Below, piece by piece: positions 34,863 to 45,531 of a DNA stretch of 46,743 nt. The notes under the pieces were generated by a model. The model made no database searches and was not told the DNA's origin. It saw nothing but the letters and a program-made list of their open reading frames with translations. Both the position numbers and the translations under genes were made by a program. Numbering within the stretch: position 1 is the stretch's first letter; the number at the start of each line of letters is the position of its first letter. Where the stretch lies: assembly GCA_021803425.1 (NCBI GenBank), contig JAJZLN010000014.1, positions 1-46,743 on the forward strand, written 5' to 3'. The DNA comes from Candidatus Micrarchaeota archaeon. GTDB lineage: Archaea; Micrarchaeota; Micrarchaeia; Micrarchaeales; CABMGC01.

Positions 34863-36074
34863 CTATTTTCCTAGAACTCCGTATCCTGAAAGCCTCCATC
34901 TCTGTGCAAAGTTCCTCAGCACCGATATCTTCGCGTTTTTGTCAATGCATACCGTATGTTTCAGCTCAAGCTGCAGCTTGTCCCTCTTCGCCTTCTTCAC
35001 GTATCCTACCACTGTACCCGTGCCTATCCCAAGAAGTATTGGCTCGTTTTCCCTGAAAGCCTGTTTTGGTATGTCGCTTCTGTTCAGCGATACATATGAT
35101 ACATCCAGGGATTGCCTAGATTCCGGAAGTTTTCCTGCAAGTCCGACTATCTGTCCGACCAATCCGTCTGCCTTTGCGAAAGACGGGTCGATTTCGGTGC
35201 CTATTGCAACAAGGCCTCCTGCAATCGCTTCGTCAAGCGTCTCCGATCCTGCAGAAAGGCTTTCAATCTTCGTGAATATAGGTTCATATACCTCTTTTCG
35301 TGTTTTGTCTTTTGCAACGTTTATGCCGGGCCTGATTTCTATCTCATCGCCAACCTTGAATTTGCCTCTTATTATGGATCCCCCTACGACTCCTCCGTGC
35401 AAATCCTTTATTTTTGTTCCTGGCCTGTTTACGTCGAATGATCTTGCTACGTACATTATCGGATCGGATTTCATGTCCCTTTCCGGGATTTTAAGCCTTA
35501 CTATCTCCTCAAGCACGGCATCCACGTTCACATTCCTGTTGGCCATCACGGGCACGATTGGCGCATTCTCTATCTTGCTTCCTTTCAGGAACTGTTTTAT
35601 CTGGTTGTAATGCGCTTTTGCCTTTTCAATTCCTACGATGTCTATTTTGGTCTGCACTACAACGACTCTGTCTATGTTCAGAGCATTGATTATCATCAAA
35701 TGCTCTTTGGTCTGCGGCATGGGGCATGGCTCCGTGGATGATATCACAAACAGCGCAGCGTCTATTATGCTAGATCCTGCTATTGCAGTAGCCATGAGCG
35801 TTTCGTGGCCTGGAGAATCGAGAAGCGATATCTTCCTTACTGGCGTAGCAGCTTTCCCGTCCGCGCATGTAGACGTTGTTGTGTAAAAAACGCTTCCATC
35901 CGCTTCGCATTTGCTTATTGTCGCTTCAGCGTATCCGAGCTTTATTGTCATGCTCCTTTTAACGCTTTCGCTGTGGGTGTCGGTCCATGTATGTGTTATT
36001 GCAGCAGTAAGGGTGGTCTTTCCGTGGTCTACATGTCCCAAAGTGCCTATATTGAATTCGCTCTGCTTAAGCAT
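34863..36074 (-). CDS. eif2g: Translation initiation factor aIF-2 gamma subunit
   Basis: QSEFNIGTLGHVDHGKTTL, MTIKLGYA, DSPGHE, PQTKEHL, RWRLSGYG; start MLKQ at 36074. Confidence 0.97.
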   Translation of the reverse strand: MLKQSEFNIGTLGHVDHGKTTLTAAITHTWTDTHSESVKRSMTIKLGYAEATISKCEADGSVFYTTTSTCADGKAATPVRKISLLDSPGHETLMATAIAGSSIIDAALFVISSTEPCPMPQTKEHLMIINALNIDRVVVVQTKIDIVGIEKAKAHYNQIKQFLKGSKIENAPIVPVMANRNVNVDAVLEEIVRLKIPERDMKSDPIMYVARSFDVNRPGTKIKDLHGGVVGGSIIRGKFKVGDEIEIRPGINVAKDKTRKEVYEPIFTKIESLSAGSETLDEAIAGGLVAIGTEIDPSFAKADGLVGQIVGLAGKLPESRQSLDVSYVSLNRSDIPKQAFRENEPILLGIGTGTVVGYVKKAKRDKLQLELKHTVCIDKNAKISVLRNFAQRWRLSGYGVLGK

Positions 36075-36096
36075 AAAATACCTCAAAGATTTATGT

Positions 36097-36483
36097 TTAC
36101 TCCTTCTTCTCCTTAGGCCTGAATATCTCTTCTGCAGGCTTGCTTCCATATTCCGTTATCACTGTGTTGATTTGTACAGTGTCGGCGCTTATGGTGCTTC
36201 CCCGCACCAGCCTCCTTGTCCTGTATCCTTTTTTAGGATGCCTTATTCCGGGGCCGCTGCCTATAAGGGGCCTCGCCTTCCTCGTCCCCTCTATTTCCGG
36301 CCTTGACGGCGCTCCTGCCGCATCGCTCAGTCCTGTTATCTGCAGTTTATATCCATCAAGCCCTCCTAAAGATCCGTCTATTACGTCTCCCATGGCCTTG
36401 CCTATGACTGTCGTTTCCCTGTCTTTTGGTACGTCTACTTCCGATGTCTTTCCACTTTTTCTGTCTGAATATACCAGTTTCAT
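36097..36483 (-). CDS. rps6e: 30S ribosomal protein S6e
   Basis: LDGYKLQITGLSD, GYRTRRLVRG, QINTVI; conserved position upstream of aIF2-gamma. Confidence 0.95.
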   Translation of the reverse strand: MKLVYSDRKSGKTSEVDVPKDRETTVIGKAMGDVIDGSLGGLDGYKLQITGLSDAAGAPSRPEIEGTRKARPLIGSGPGIRHPKKGYRTRRLVRGSTISADTVQINTVITEYGSKPAEEIFRPKEKKE

Positions 36484-36504
36484 AAAATCATCTAGCGTAA
36501 AAAT

Positions 36505-38664
36505 TTATCTGTACATCGACTGCGGCTCGTCCTTGAATCTTTTTATCCTTTCGGCCACTTCTTTAGGTATTGCCGGCCTTATCTCGTTTAATGCATGTTC
36601 AAAGTCCGATACATTAATTATATCCCTGTTGTGCCTTATCGCGTTCATTCCTGCTTCCCTGCATAGGTTTTCTATCTCGGCTCCTGTATAATTCTCAGCC
36701 TGTGTGGCTATGCTCTCAAGGTCAACGCTCTTGTCAAGTGGCATACGCTTTGTGTGTATTTTAAGTATATTAAGCCTCGCATCCTGGTCTGGCATCGGTA
36801 TTTCCAGTATCTTGTCAAACCTTCCAGGTCTCAACAGTGCCGGATCTATATCCTCCGGCCTGTTTGTCGCAGCGAGCACCACCACGTTTTTGAGGTCCTG
36901 AAGTCCGTCCATCTCCGTAAGAAGCGTGTCCACGACTCTTTCCGAAACGTGGGAGTCTCCTGCTCCGTCCCCTCCCCTTATTCTAGATATTGAATCTATT
37001 TCATCTATGAATATTATGCATGGGGCTGCAAGCCTAGCCTTCCTGAATATTTCCCTCACTGTTTTTTCGCTCTCACCTACATACTTCGACAGCACTTCAG
37101 GTCCCTTTATCGATATGAAATTAGATTCCCTTTCGGTCGCCACCGCTTTTGCAAGCAGTGTCTTTCCGGTTCCAGGCGGACCAACCAAAAGCACACCCTT
37201 TACCGGCCGTATTCCCATCTTTTCGAATGATTCAGGATGCTTCAGAGGAAATTCTATGGTCTCCTTCAATTCGTTCTTTGTAGTTTCAAGCGCGCCTATG
37301 TCGCTCCAGTGCACATTCGGCCTCTCTACGAACACCTCCCTTAGTGCGCTCGGTTGTATGTTTCTCATTGCATCTATGAAATTCTCCCTTGAAACCTTCA
37401 GATTAAGCAGTATATCGCTCGGTATTGACTGTTTGTCAGCTATTTTAGGCAGGATGCTCCTCAGCGTGGACATTGCGGCTTCCCTTACAAGCGCATTCAG
37501 GTCTGCGCCCGTGTATCCGTGAGTTATGTCTGCAAGTTCGTCCACCTTTACATCTTCTGTCAACGGCATGTTTCTTGTGTGGATCTGTAGTATCATCTTT
37601 CTGGCGCCCCTGCTCGGCACCCCTATCTCAATCTCCCTGTCGAATCTTCCAGGCCTCCTGAGTGCCGGATCTATTGCATCCGGCCTGTTTGTCGCGGCAA
37701 GTACTATGACCTGGCCCCGCGTCCCCATGCCGTCCATCAGGGTGAGCAGCTGCGATACCATTCTTCTCTCGACTTCATTTGTGGATTCCTCCCTCTTTGG
37801 CGCTATGGCATCAATCTCATCCATGAATATTATCGACGGCGATTTTTCATTCGCAGTCTTGAATATCTCCCTGAGCTTCTCTTCGCTTTCCCCTACAAAT
37901 TTGCTGACGAGCTCCGGTCCAGATATCGATATGAAGTTAGCATCGCTTTCATTTGCCACCGCTTTTGCAAGCAGTGTCTTTCCGGTTCCAGGCGGTCCGA
38001 AGAGCAGCACTCCTTTCGGGGGCTCTATCCCAAGCCTTTCAAATAATTCAGGATACCTTATCGGAAGCTCCACCATCTCCCTTATCTTCTGTTTTGCATC
38101 CTCAAGTCCACCTATATCTTCATAATGGACATCTCCTATCTTTACTGCCGATTCGGGCACTGGCTCTGTCCTAACAACGAAGTTTGTGGTGTTTGCAACC
38201 TTTGCTATTCCGTGAGGCAGCACCTGTATCACTACGAAATTAAATACTATCCCGAACATCGGTATTGGAACCGAGTCACCTTTTGAGAGGGGCCGGCCTT
38301 CAAGCCTCCTTTTTGCATATTCCGAGAAATCCGGTGAGAGCGGCGGCTTCTGTCCTGGCGGAGGCGCTATGACTACCCTTTCAGCATCTTTCACTACCGC
38401 CTTTGATACGAAAATTTTGTCCCCAATTCCCACTCCAAGGTTCTGCCTAAGGTAGCCGTCTATGCGTATGAATCCAAGGCCTTCATCGCTAGGATGTGCC
38501 TGCCATGCTATTGCAGCTGAGGTTTTTGTCTTTCCCTTCATTTCAAGTATGTCTCCTATTTCTATCTCCAATGCGCTTCTTGATTTTGAGTCTATTCTTG
38601 CAATGCTCCTGCCAGAGTCAGTGACTAATGCGTCTGCAACTGTGAGTTCTATAGAATTTGGCAT
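36505..38664 (-). CDS. cdc48: CDC48/VCP/VAT family AAA+ ATPase
   Basis: N-domain plus two AAA modules ([15 protein letters not shown] twice, [13 protein letters not shown]); start MPNSIEL at 38664. Confidence 0.97.
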   Translation of the reverse strand: MPNSIELTVADALVTDSGRSIARIDSKSRSALEIEIGDILEMKGKTKTSAAIAWQAHPSDEGLGFIRIDGYLRQNLGVGIGDKIFVSKAVVKDAERVVIAPPPGQKPPLSPDFSEYAKRRLEGRPLSKGDSVPIPMFGIVFNFVVIQVLPHGIAKVANTTNFVVRTEPVPESAVKIGDVHYEDIGGLEDAKQKIREMVELPIRYPELFERLGIEPPKGVLLFGPPGTGKTLLAKAVANESDANFISISGPELVSKFVGESEEKLREIFKTANEKSPSIIFMDEIDAIAPKREESTNEVERRMVSQLLTLMDGMGTRGQVIVLAATNRPDAIDPALRRPGRFDREIEIGVPSRGARKMILQIHTRNMPLTEDVKVDELADITHGYTGADLNALVREAAMSTLRSILPKIADKQSIPSDILLNLKVSRENFIDAMRNIQPSALREVFVERPNVHWSDIGALETTKNELKETIEFPLKHPESFEKMGIRPVKGVLLVGPPGTGKTLLAKAVATERESNFISIKGPEVLSKYVGESEKTVREIFRKARLAAPCIIFIDEIDSISRIRGGDGAGDSHVSERVVDTLLTEMDGLQDLKNVVVLAATNRPEDIDPALLRPGRFDKILEIPMPDQDARLNILKIHTKRMPLDKSVDLESIATQAENYTGAEIENLCREAGMNAIRHNRDIINVSDFEHALNEIRPAIPKEVAERIKRFKDEPQSMYR

Positions 38665-38820
38665 CAAAAAACACTTATATATAAATAAAAACGACAAAGG
38701 ATATAAATGTTATTCGCAGTAGCAGCATGCACGATTCGCCGCCCTTGCACTGTCATAAATCATTTTAAATATCTTTCTGCATACTTAATACCGTCAATTT
38801 TAAGCTATTCAGGTGTATTC

Positions 38821-38973
38821 ATGGGGAAATTTCCGCAGGCAGACGAAGTTCTTGTAAGTATGGTAATATGCAGGAAATGCAAGGCCAGGAACAAGGCAGG
38901 AATAGAGAAATGCAGGAAGTGCGGATCCCCGTACCTAAGGCCCAAGCGTAAGGATAAAAGAGTAAAGAAATAA
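38821..38973 (+). CDS. rpl40e: 50S ribosomal protein L40e
   Basis: MGKFPQA...ICRKCKARN...KCRKCGSPYLRPK; AGGTG SD site upstream. Confidence 0.95.
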   Translation: MGKFPQADEVLVSMVICRKCKARNKAGIEKCRKCGSPYLRPKRKDKRVKK

Positions 38974-39001
38974 TGTCATATCTGATGTTCAAAGTGATTA
39001 A

Positions 39002-39217
39002 ATGGTAGATTTGAACCCTATGGAAAGCATTGTTGTGCAGGCCATGAAGGAGCTTGGCGCAACAAGCGATGACAAGAAGAAGACGGCAGATGACATAGCA
39101 AAGAAGTGCAACAGGCCAAAAAGCATGATAAGCAACATTCTCGTGGAACTTGACAGGAAAGGAGTAATAAAGAGAGTGGTAAGGGAAAAAGCTTCAGGAT
39201 ATTACGTAAAGTCTTAA
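39002..39217 (+). CDS. Small basic winged-helix DNA-binding protein
   Basis: KTADDIAKKCNRPKSMISNILVELDRKGVIKR...GYY. Confidence 0.8.
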   Translation: MVDLNPMESIVVQAMKELGATSDDKKKTADDIAKKCNRPKSMISNILVELDRKGVIKRVVREKASGYYVKS

Positions 39218-39239
39218 TTCTAAATGCGGCAGATCTAAA

Positions 39240-40151
39240 ATGTCTGAAGAAGATTCCATAGATTTCTTTGCAAAATACAAGGACTGGTCAGTTGCAAGGA
39301 GCATAAAATGCACCAGCTCTGCTTCAGCGAAGGACGTATCCGCTTATCTTGCGTCCCTGCGCGAGGAAGTTGCCGAAAAGGCATTTTCAGTTCTTGGCAT
39401 AGACTCAAAATCTCTGTATTCATATTCAGAAAATATGACGAAGTCCCTGAAAGCCGGCGATTATTCCTCACTTGTTAACATATACAAGTCCCTTGGATCC
39501 GCAGAGCATGAAACGGAAATAAACAAATCTGCTGCCGGGCGCGAGGAGCTCAAGCCTTTTGCAAAGGCATATTTGTTTAGGTCTGCTGTGCGAAGGCTAG
39601 GGCTTCTATGGTATATAACAGGCGATTATGAAGCTTTCAAGGGAGCCAAGGCGGCGCAGAAACAGAGTGCAGCTGCGCCATTCACTTCAGAAGGTATATC
39701 ATTCATGGCAAAGTACAAGGAATGGGTATCAATAAAGAAGCTTTCAATTCATGAAAATACTAAGCCCGAAGAGGTATCGGCTCATCTATCATCGATACGC
39801 ATGGCTGTGGACAGGAAGACAGCCCAGATATTGGGCGTGAATACGGAAAGCCTGGATGCATATGCATACAATGTCACGGAAAACATGCGTAAGAGCGCAG
39901 CTAATCTGGAAAAGATCACAAATACGCTATGCTCCTCCGAAGCCAAAAAGGAAATAGACTCTGCATCCGGAGGTGACGCTTCATTAAGGAATGCCGCAAT
40001 AATATACCTTTTCAGCAAGATGCTGCAGAACATAAAGGTTGACCTTGAGGTAAGCCCCGATACCCTGATGGACATGTTCCCTGGGCTGAAGATTCCAAAG
40101 CCAAAAGGCAGGATGCCTGGACAAAAGAAGATGCTGAAAAAGAAGCAGTAG
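39240..40151 (+). CDS. DUF2666-like archaeal protein with an internally duplicated domain
   Basis: FFAKYKDW...DVSAYLASL...LGID repeats as FMAKYKEW...EVSAHLSSI...LGVN. Confidence 0.65.
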   Translation: MSEEDSIDFFAKYKDWSVARSIKCTSSASAKDVSAYLASLREEVAEKAFSVLGIDSKSLYSYSENMTKSLKAGDYSSLVNIYKSLGSAEHETEINKSAAGREELKPFAKAYLFRSAVRRLGLLWYITGDYEAFKGAKAAQKQSAAAPFTSEGISFMAKYKEWVSIKKLSIHENTKPEEVSAHLSSIRMAVDRKTAQILGVNTESLDAYAYNVTENMRKSAANLEKITNTLCSSEAKKEIDSASGGDASLRNAAIIYLFSKMLQNIKVDLEVSPDTLMDMFPGLKIPKPKGRMPGQKKMLKKKQ

Positions 40152-40191
40152 CCAACATTTTATAAAGTTGCAAATCTTATACTTACAGTGC

Positions 40192-40264
40192 GGGGAGTTA
40201 GGCTAGCTTGGTAGGCTTTGAGCTTTGGGAGTTCAAGACCCGTGTTCAAATCACGGACTCCCCG
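40192..40264 (+). tRNA. tRNA-Pro(UGG), intronless, CCA not encoded
   Basis: Acceptor GGGGAGT/ACTCCCC, anticodon arm TGAGC-TT TGG GA-GTTCA, T arm CCGTG-TTCAAAT-CACGG; TTTATAAA box about 30 nt upstream. Confidence 0.93.
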
Positions 40265-40415
40265 TTTCTCCTTCGCCATGAAAAATTTTCAAAGACAATA
40301 CAAAAAGCTTAATACATATTTAGATATAGAAACTCTGTAGCAAAGAACACAGATAACTTCGTATAAGATATGATAAAATGGGTTTCTTTAATAAATAGGA
40401 AAGATTGCAGAAAAA

Positions 40416-40624
40416 ATGGATAAGGTAAACAGCGAACTGGACCGCTGTCAGGACAGGCTTAAAGACATAAAAGAGGGAAAGAGCTTCGGCAGCCTCATAT
40501 TAATAAAAAATGCGCTGGGCCCCATATGGATCGGGCCTGAGAATGTTTTGCTGGAAAAACACATTAAAAATTAGATGCGCAGAAAGCAAAGCTTGAACTG
40601 AAGCTTGGAATAAGAAAAGAATAA
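40416..40624 (+). pseudogene. Possible degraded small coiled-coil gene
   Basis: 52-aa ORF 40416..40574 (MDKVNSELDRCQDRLKDIKEG...) appears to continue after a frameshift in the A5 run (LDAQKAKLELKLGIRKE*). Confidence 0.3.
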
Positions 40625-40885
40625 AACAGTCCCTTAATAGTTAAAGCAAGGCGGTCTTTGACAAGTGTCTCCTAAACGGTTTTTGACCGGATTTAAATAT
40701 GACATGCTATATGGACAGTCGCTCATCTGATTGTTGGAACTCGAGACAGCGGCTCAATCCAAGCCATAAGGCCAGAGCAGAATTGCAACGCCTTTGTTTA
40801 TGAAGAATAAGTGCGGTTTCTAGACCAAAATCTGCCTTGGAATAAACTGCAATACACTATCCATTCGTTTATTTTTTTTCTGTTG

Positions 40886-41518
40886 TCAGCGCCTTAGCGA
40901 CAGCGCAAGCTGCGATGAAAGTTCATTTACAATGCGCTTTTCAAGCTCTGATATACTGTAATTAGGGTTAATTTTTATTATAACAGATGCATGTTTGCTG
41001 TCTATTTCTTTATATCGACCGTATACCTCTAATGCATAAGACAATGCATCATCTCCCCGTACATTCGAGCTGCTGTCTCTCCGTTCATTTCTAAGCCTAA
41101 GCCTGTCAGACAGGAATGAGGCAGGGTCATCTATCAGATTTAGGTTAGGCACCACTGCCATGAGTTTTGCAGAAGCATTTTCTGCTGCAGTGCTTGCCAT
41201 ATCATGATATTCCTCTTTGGAGTGCGTTGCAACCACTGCTACTGCGCTTTGTTTATTCAATTCTATCTCAGCTCTTCTATACATCTCTTTATAGCACTTC
41301 AACATGACCTCCCTTTCCCTCTCATTGGGAAGTATCACTCCTACCTCCTCCCTGGGACATATTTCAGCCCTGATATCATCGATATCTATAACCGCTATTC
41401 CAAGCGTATTGCAAACATTTTTTGCAAGAATAGTCTTTCCAGTTAGGCAAGGTCCAGCAAAAACTACCAATGTCTTACTTTTGTTGGCACCGGCGTCAGG
41501 ATTGCTATGTATCTTCAT
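40886..41518 (-). CDS. P-loop small-molecule kinase (AAA_33/gluconate kinase-like)
   Basis: LVVFAGPCLTGKT, IDIDDIR, lid motif RLRLR. Confidence 0.75.
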   Translation of the reverse strand: MKIHSNPDAGANKSKTLVVFAGPCLTGKTILAKNVCNTLGIAVIDIDDIRAEICPREEVGVILPNEREREVMLKCYKEMYRRAEIELNKQSAVAVVATHSKEEYHDMASTAAENASAKLMAVVPNLNLIDDPASFLSDRLRLRNERRDSSSNVRGDDALSYALEVYGRYKEIDSKHASVIIKINPNYSISELEKRIVNELSSQLALSLRR

Positions 41519-41607
41519 AAACTATGTGTTATATTTCTTCATATAAAAATATTTACATTGCCTGCATTATTTGACGAATATGGGCTGCATAACGCCAAAT
41601 AAGCCAT

Positions 41608-42783
41608 TCAAAGCCTATTTACGTAATCCTCATATCCAAATCTCCTGACAACCTTTACCCTTCCGCTTTCCTTGCTGTATAATGCTATTGAGGGGTGCTT
41701 TACCCCATTGAACATTGTCGTCTTTACCATAGAGTAATGCGCCATGTCAAGGAACACAAGCCTGTCTCCTATTTTCAGTTCATTCGGAAAGGAATAATCT
41801 CCTATAACATCTCCGGCAAGGCATGTGAGCCCTCCAAGCCTGTACGTATAATCCTGCTCTCCAGGCTTTCCTGCGCCTATTATGTTCGGCCTGTAAGGCT
41901 GTGCAAGTACATCCGGCATATGCGCCTCTGCCGAAGTGTCCAGTATTGCTATGTTCTTCTTGTTTTTCTTAATGTCGAGGACAGTGGATACAAGCACTCC
42001 CGCATTCAATGCAACTGCCTCTCCAGGTTCAAGATGCACCTGCACTTCATACTTCCTCTTGAAATCATTGACTGTCCGTATAAGCAATTCTATGTTATAA
42101 TCCTGCCTGGTTATATGGTGGCCTCCGCCGAAATTTACCCATTTCATGCCTTTTATGTACTTACCGTATCTTTTTTCAAACTCCTTTAGTACTACTACAA
42201 GCGATTCCGCATTCTGTTCGCACAGTGCGTGGAAATGGAGTCCATCTACAAGTTCAAGGTCCTCTTCAACTATATCCTCAGGCAGAACTCCAAGCCTAGA
42301 TCCAGGCAATGTGGTGTTATATAGCTTTGTTTTCACTTCAGAATGGCCAGGATTCACCCTAAGTCCTATCTCCAGTTTCTTGTCTTTATCTAATGCGAAG
42401 CGTCCATATCTCTTTAACTGACCTGAAGAATTGAATATTACAGCATTTGAATACTTGATTACCCTTTTTATGTCCTCGTCAGAATAAGCCACAGCAAATG
42501 TGTGCACCTCCTTTCCAAACTTCTCATAACCTAGCCGTGCTTCTATAGGTCCGCTTGCACACACTCCATCGAGATATTGCCTTATTATAGGGAAGGTGCT
42601 GTGCATTGCAAATGCCTTAAGCGCAAGGAGTATCTTTGCGCCTGTTTTTTCTTTCACATATGACAGTGTCTTAAGATTTCTCTTTATGGCATCCTCGCTT
42701 ATCAAAAAGCATGGACTATCAACGCAATCAGTTATATTTTTTGGAAAATCCTCTAATGCATCATTGTAAAAGTGCTTATTCAT
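41608..42783 (-). CDS. nspC: Carboxy(nor)spermidine decarboxylase
   Basis: LLALKAF (PLP lysine), GLHFHALCEQ, NFGGGHHITR, LEPGEA, HMPDVL, TCLAGDVIGDY, MVKTTMFNG. Confidence 0.95.
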   Translation of the reverse strand: MNKHFYNDALEDFPKNITDCVDSPCFLISEDAIKRNLKTLSYVKEKTGAKILLALKAFAMHSTFPIIRQYLDGVCASGPIEARLGYEKFGKEVHTFAVAYSDEDIKRVIKYSNAVIFNSSGQLKRYGRFALDKDKKLEIGLRVNPGHSEVKTKLYNTTLPGSRLGVLPEDIVEEDLELVDGLHFHALCEQNAESLVVVLKEFEKRYGKYIKGMKWVNFGGGHHITRQDYNIELLIRTVNDFKRKYEVQVHLEPGEAVALNAGVLVSTVLDIKKNKKNIAILDTSAEAHMPDVLAQPYRPNIIGAGKPGEQDYTYRLGGLTCLAGDVIGDYSFPNELKIGDRLVFLDMAHYSMVKTTMFNGVKHPSIALYSKESGRVKVVRRFGYEDYVNRL

Positions 42784-42794
42784 GCGAAATCCTC

Positions 42795-44012
42795 CTAATC
42801 TGGAAGTTTACCCTTGAAATTTACTTGGTGCCACTTCAATCCATACTTATTAAGCGCCTCCATAAACGGGTCAGGATCAAGCTCTTCGGTATTGAATACC
42901 CCCTTTTCATTCCATATACCTTTCAGCATCATCATTGCCCCTATCATTGCCGGCACACCTGTGGTGTAAGATACCGCCTGTGCTCCCAATTCCTTATAAG
43001 CTTCGGCGTGATCGCATACATTGTATATGTACACTGATCTACTTTTTCCGTCCTTTATGCCTGAGATTACATTGCCTATTACCGTCTTCCCGGTATAATT
43101 AGATCCTAATTTTGCAGGATCAGGTAGCAGCGCCTTCAATAATTTTATCGGAATTATTTTTTGACCTTCACAGTCAACCTTATCTATCCTGGTCATGCCA
43201 ACGTTTTGAAGAACTCTGAGATGGGTAAGATAATTTTCTGAAAACGTCATCCAGAACCTTATCCTCTTAAGCCCTTTTATGTTTTTAACCAAAGATTCAA
43301 GCTCCTCATGATACAAAAGATAGCTATCCTTTTCATTTACCACTGGATATCTAAATTTGAATTTTACGCTTTTTGGATCCAGTATTGGCGGAGTCAGTAT
43401 CCATTTCCCGTTTTTCCAGTGCTTTACCGTCTGCGTAACCTCCCTGATATTTATCTCAGGATTGAAGTTTGTCGCAAATGGATGGCCATGACTTCCCGCA
43501 TTGCAATCAAGTATGTCTATGTAATGTATCTGGTCAAACAGGTGCTTTTGCGCGTACGCGCAGAATATATTAGACACTCCCGGATCAAATCCGCATCCAA
43601 GTACTGCCATAAGCCCCTTTTTCCTGAATTTCTCTTTATACGCCCATTGCCAACTGTATTCAAAATGGGCCACGTCTGGTGGCTCGTAATTCGCAGTGTC
43701 TAAATAGTTTACCTCTGCTTTAAGGCAGGCATCCATTATGCTAAGATCCTGATATGGCAGTGCCACATTTATTACAAGATCCGGAGCAACTTTTTTAATT
43801 AGGGAAACTAGCGCTTCAGTTTCGTCGGCATCGACTTGTGCCGTATCTACATTGCGCCCTGTTCTCTTTTTAATCTCCCTTCTTATATCCTCGCATTTCG
43901 AAATGTTTCTGCTGGCCACCACTATCTTTTCAAATACATCTGGTATATCTGCGCATTTCTGTGCAACTACTCTTCCAACTCCTCCTGCGCCAACAATAAG
44001 TACTCTGCCCAT
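42795..44012 (-). CDS. Carboxy(nor)spermidine dehydrogenase/synthase (saccharopine dehydrogenase family)
   Basis: VLIVGAGGVG, NVALPYQDL, YLDTANYEP, GCGFDPG, FATNFNPEINIRE, YHEELESL, QAVSYTTGVP; adjacent to nspC; start MGRV at 44012. Confidence 0.93.
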   Translation of the reverse strand: MGRVLIVGAGGVGRVVAQKCADIPDVFEKIVVASRNISKCEDIRREIKKRTGRNVDTAQVDADETEALVSLIKKVAPDLVINVALPYQDLSIMDACLKAEVNYLDTANYEPPDVAHFEYSWQWAYKEKFRKKGLMAVLGCGFDPGVSNIFCAYAQKHLFDQIHYIDILDCNAGSHGHPFATNFNPEINIREVTQTVKHWKNGKWILTPPILDPKSVKFKFRYPVVNEKDSYLLYHEELESLVKNIKGLKRIRFWMTFSENYLTHLRVLQNVGMTRIDKVDCEGQKIIPIKLLKALLPDPAKLGSNYTGKTVIGNVISGIKDGKSRSVYIYNVCDHAEAYKELGAQAVSYTTGVPAMIGAMMMLKGIWNEKGVFNTEELDPDPFMEALNKYGLKWHQVNFKGKLPD

Positions 44013-44207
44013 TTTTATTCCCCTATCTAATTTATATATCGTACAATTATTAAATATTTTTGAAAAAGCTGTGAAAGACAATGCATATCACTTAATGGAG
44101 CCTAAATACGACGTTTTTATCCATGCGCAAAAGCAGTTCTGTAAAAAAATATAAAGAAAGTATTTTTATTCTTGATTATACAATTTAAAATGGAGGTCAA
44201 AGGTATA

Positions 44208-45527
44208 ATGATAGTAATGAAGTTTGGGGGCACTTCAGTAGGCGACTTCGAAAGAATAAAGAATGTCGCGAGTATAATAAAGTCTAATCTTAATGAGAAT
44301 CCCGTAATCGTGGTATCCGCTCTCGGCGGAGTCACCGATAATCTAATTTCTATTGCAAACCTTTCCCTCACGGAAGACGAGGTAAGGGCCATATTCAACA
44401 AGATAATAGAAAAGCACCACACCACAATAGAAAAATTGAATATCGATGAGAAAATAATTCAAGAAGACATAAATCGGCTAAATGAATTGGTAAATAAGAT
44501 AATAACCGTAAAAAAGACAACATCTCAGGATATGGACCTGCTAATGTCATTCGGGGAGCGCATGTCGTCAAAAATACTTGCATCGTATTTATCCGCTATC
44601 GGCATAAAAGCTCTTCCTTATAATGCCTATGACATAGGGATGATTACCAATTCAAATTTTGGCAATGCGGACATACTTCCGTACACCTACCAAAAGCTAA
44701 AGAAGAACCTTTCTAGCGTAATAAATAAGGGGGTTGTACCGGTAATAACCGGTTTCATCGGCAAGAGCAAGGATGGAAGCATAACAACACTGGGAAGGGG
44801 AGGCAGCGACTACACGGCTTCTATAATCGGCGCTGCAATGGGCGCGTCTGAGATACAGATATGGACTGATGTGGACGGTATACTTACTGCAGACCCAAAA
44901 ATAGTTAAGACAGCAAAAAGCATAGATGTGGTTTCCTATGAAGAGGCATCAGAGCTTGCACTGTCAGGAGCAAAGGTCCTTCATCCAAAGACAATACTGC
45001 CTGCCATAGAGAAGAACATACCTGTAAGAATACTAAACACATTCAATCCAAGCCATAAGGGCACGCTTGTTTTAAACCGAACTGCCGAAAAATCAAGGGT
45101 TGTGTCAATAACGTACAAAAAACACATAGTCGTGATTTCCCTATCAAACCGTTCAATGCTTAAAAATGAGTTATTGAAGGCTGCATCTGGAGTGCTCAGT
45201 TCCAACGGCATATTCGAGTATTCAATATCTGCTTCAGAATCCTCGGTATCCATCACCATAGATGAAAAGGAGCATACGCCTGCACTAATATCCGACCTTA
45301 AAAAGATAGGAAATGTCGAATCCAGCATCAACGGGGTAAAAGTGTCCATAGTTGGCAACGACATCTCTTTCATACCAAAGATTTCAGATTTGATATCATC
45401 TTCACTTAAGGGAATAAAGATCGAAATAATGCCTTCCAGTGAGTCAAATATAAACCACAGCATCGTGGTGACCGAAAGGCAGGCAAACAGTGCAGTAAAG
45501 AGGCTTCATACTGCCTTCTTCAGCTGA
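44208..45527 (+). CDS. lysC: Aspartate kinase
   Basis: VMKFGGTSV, VVSALGGVTD, SFGERMSS, TLGRGGSDYTA, WTDVDG, GAKVLHP; C-terminal ACT domains. Confidence 0.96.
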   Translation: MIVMKFGGTSVGDFERIKNVASIIKSNLNENPVIVVSALGGVTDNLISIANLSLTEDEVRAIFNKIIEKHHTTIEKLNIDEKIIQEDINRLNELVNKIITVKKTTSQDMDLLMSFGERMSSKILASYLSAIGIKALPYNAYDIGMITNSNFGNADILPYTYQKLKKNLSSVINKGVVPVITGFIGKSKDGSITTLGRGGSDYTASIIGAAMGASEIQIWTDVDGILTADPKIVKTAKSIDVVSYEEASELALSGAKVLHPKTILPAIEKNIPVRILNTFNPSHKGTLVLNRTAEKSRVVSITYKKHIVVISLSNRSMLKNELLKAASGVLSSNGIFEYSISASESSVSITIDEKEHTPALISDLKKIGNVESSINGVKVSIVGNDISFIPKISDLISSSLKGIKIEIMPSSESNINHSIVVTERQANSAVKRLHTAFFS

Positions 45528-45531
45528 TTTA

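Noticed and set aside
36075-36149. Arg-rich N-terminal extension of aIF2-gamma; likewise the extended starts of cdc48, rpl40e and the dehydrogenase
   Set aside because: They overlap neighbouring genes or promoters; family homology begins at the downstream ATG
42795-44012. Saccharopine dehydrogenase of lysine metabolism
   Set aside because: Motifs and adjacency to nspC indicate carboxy(nor)spermidine dehydrogenase
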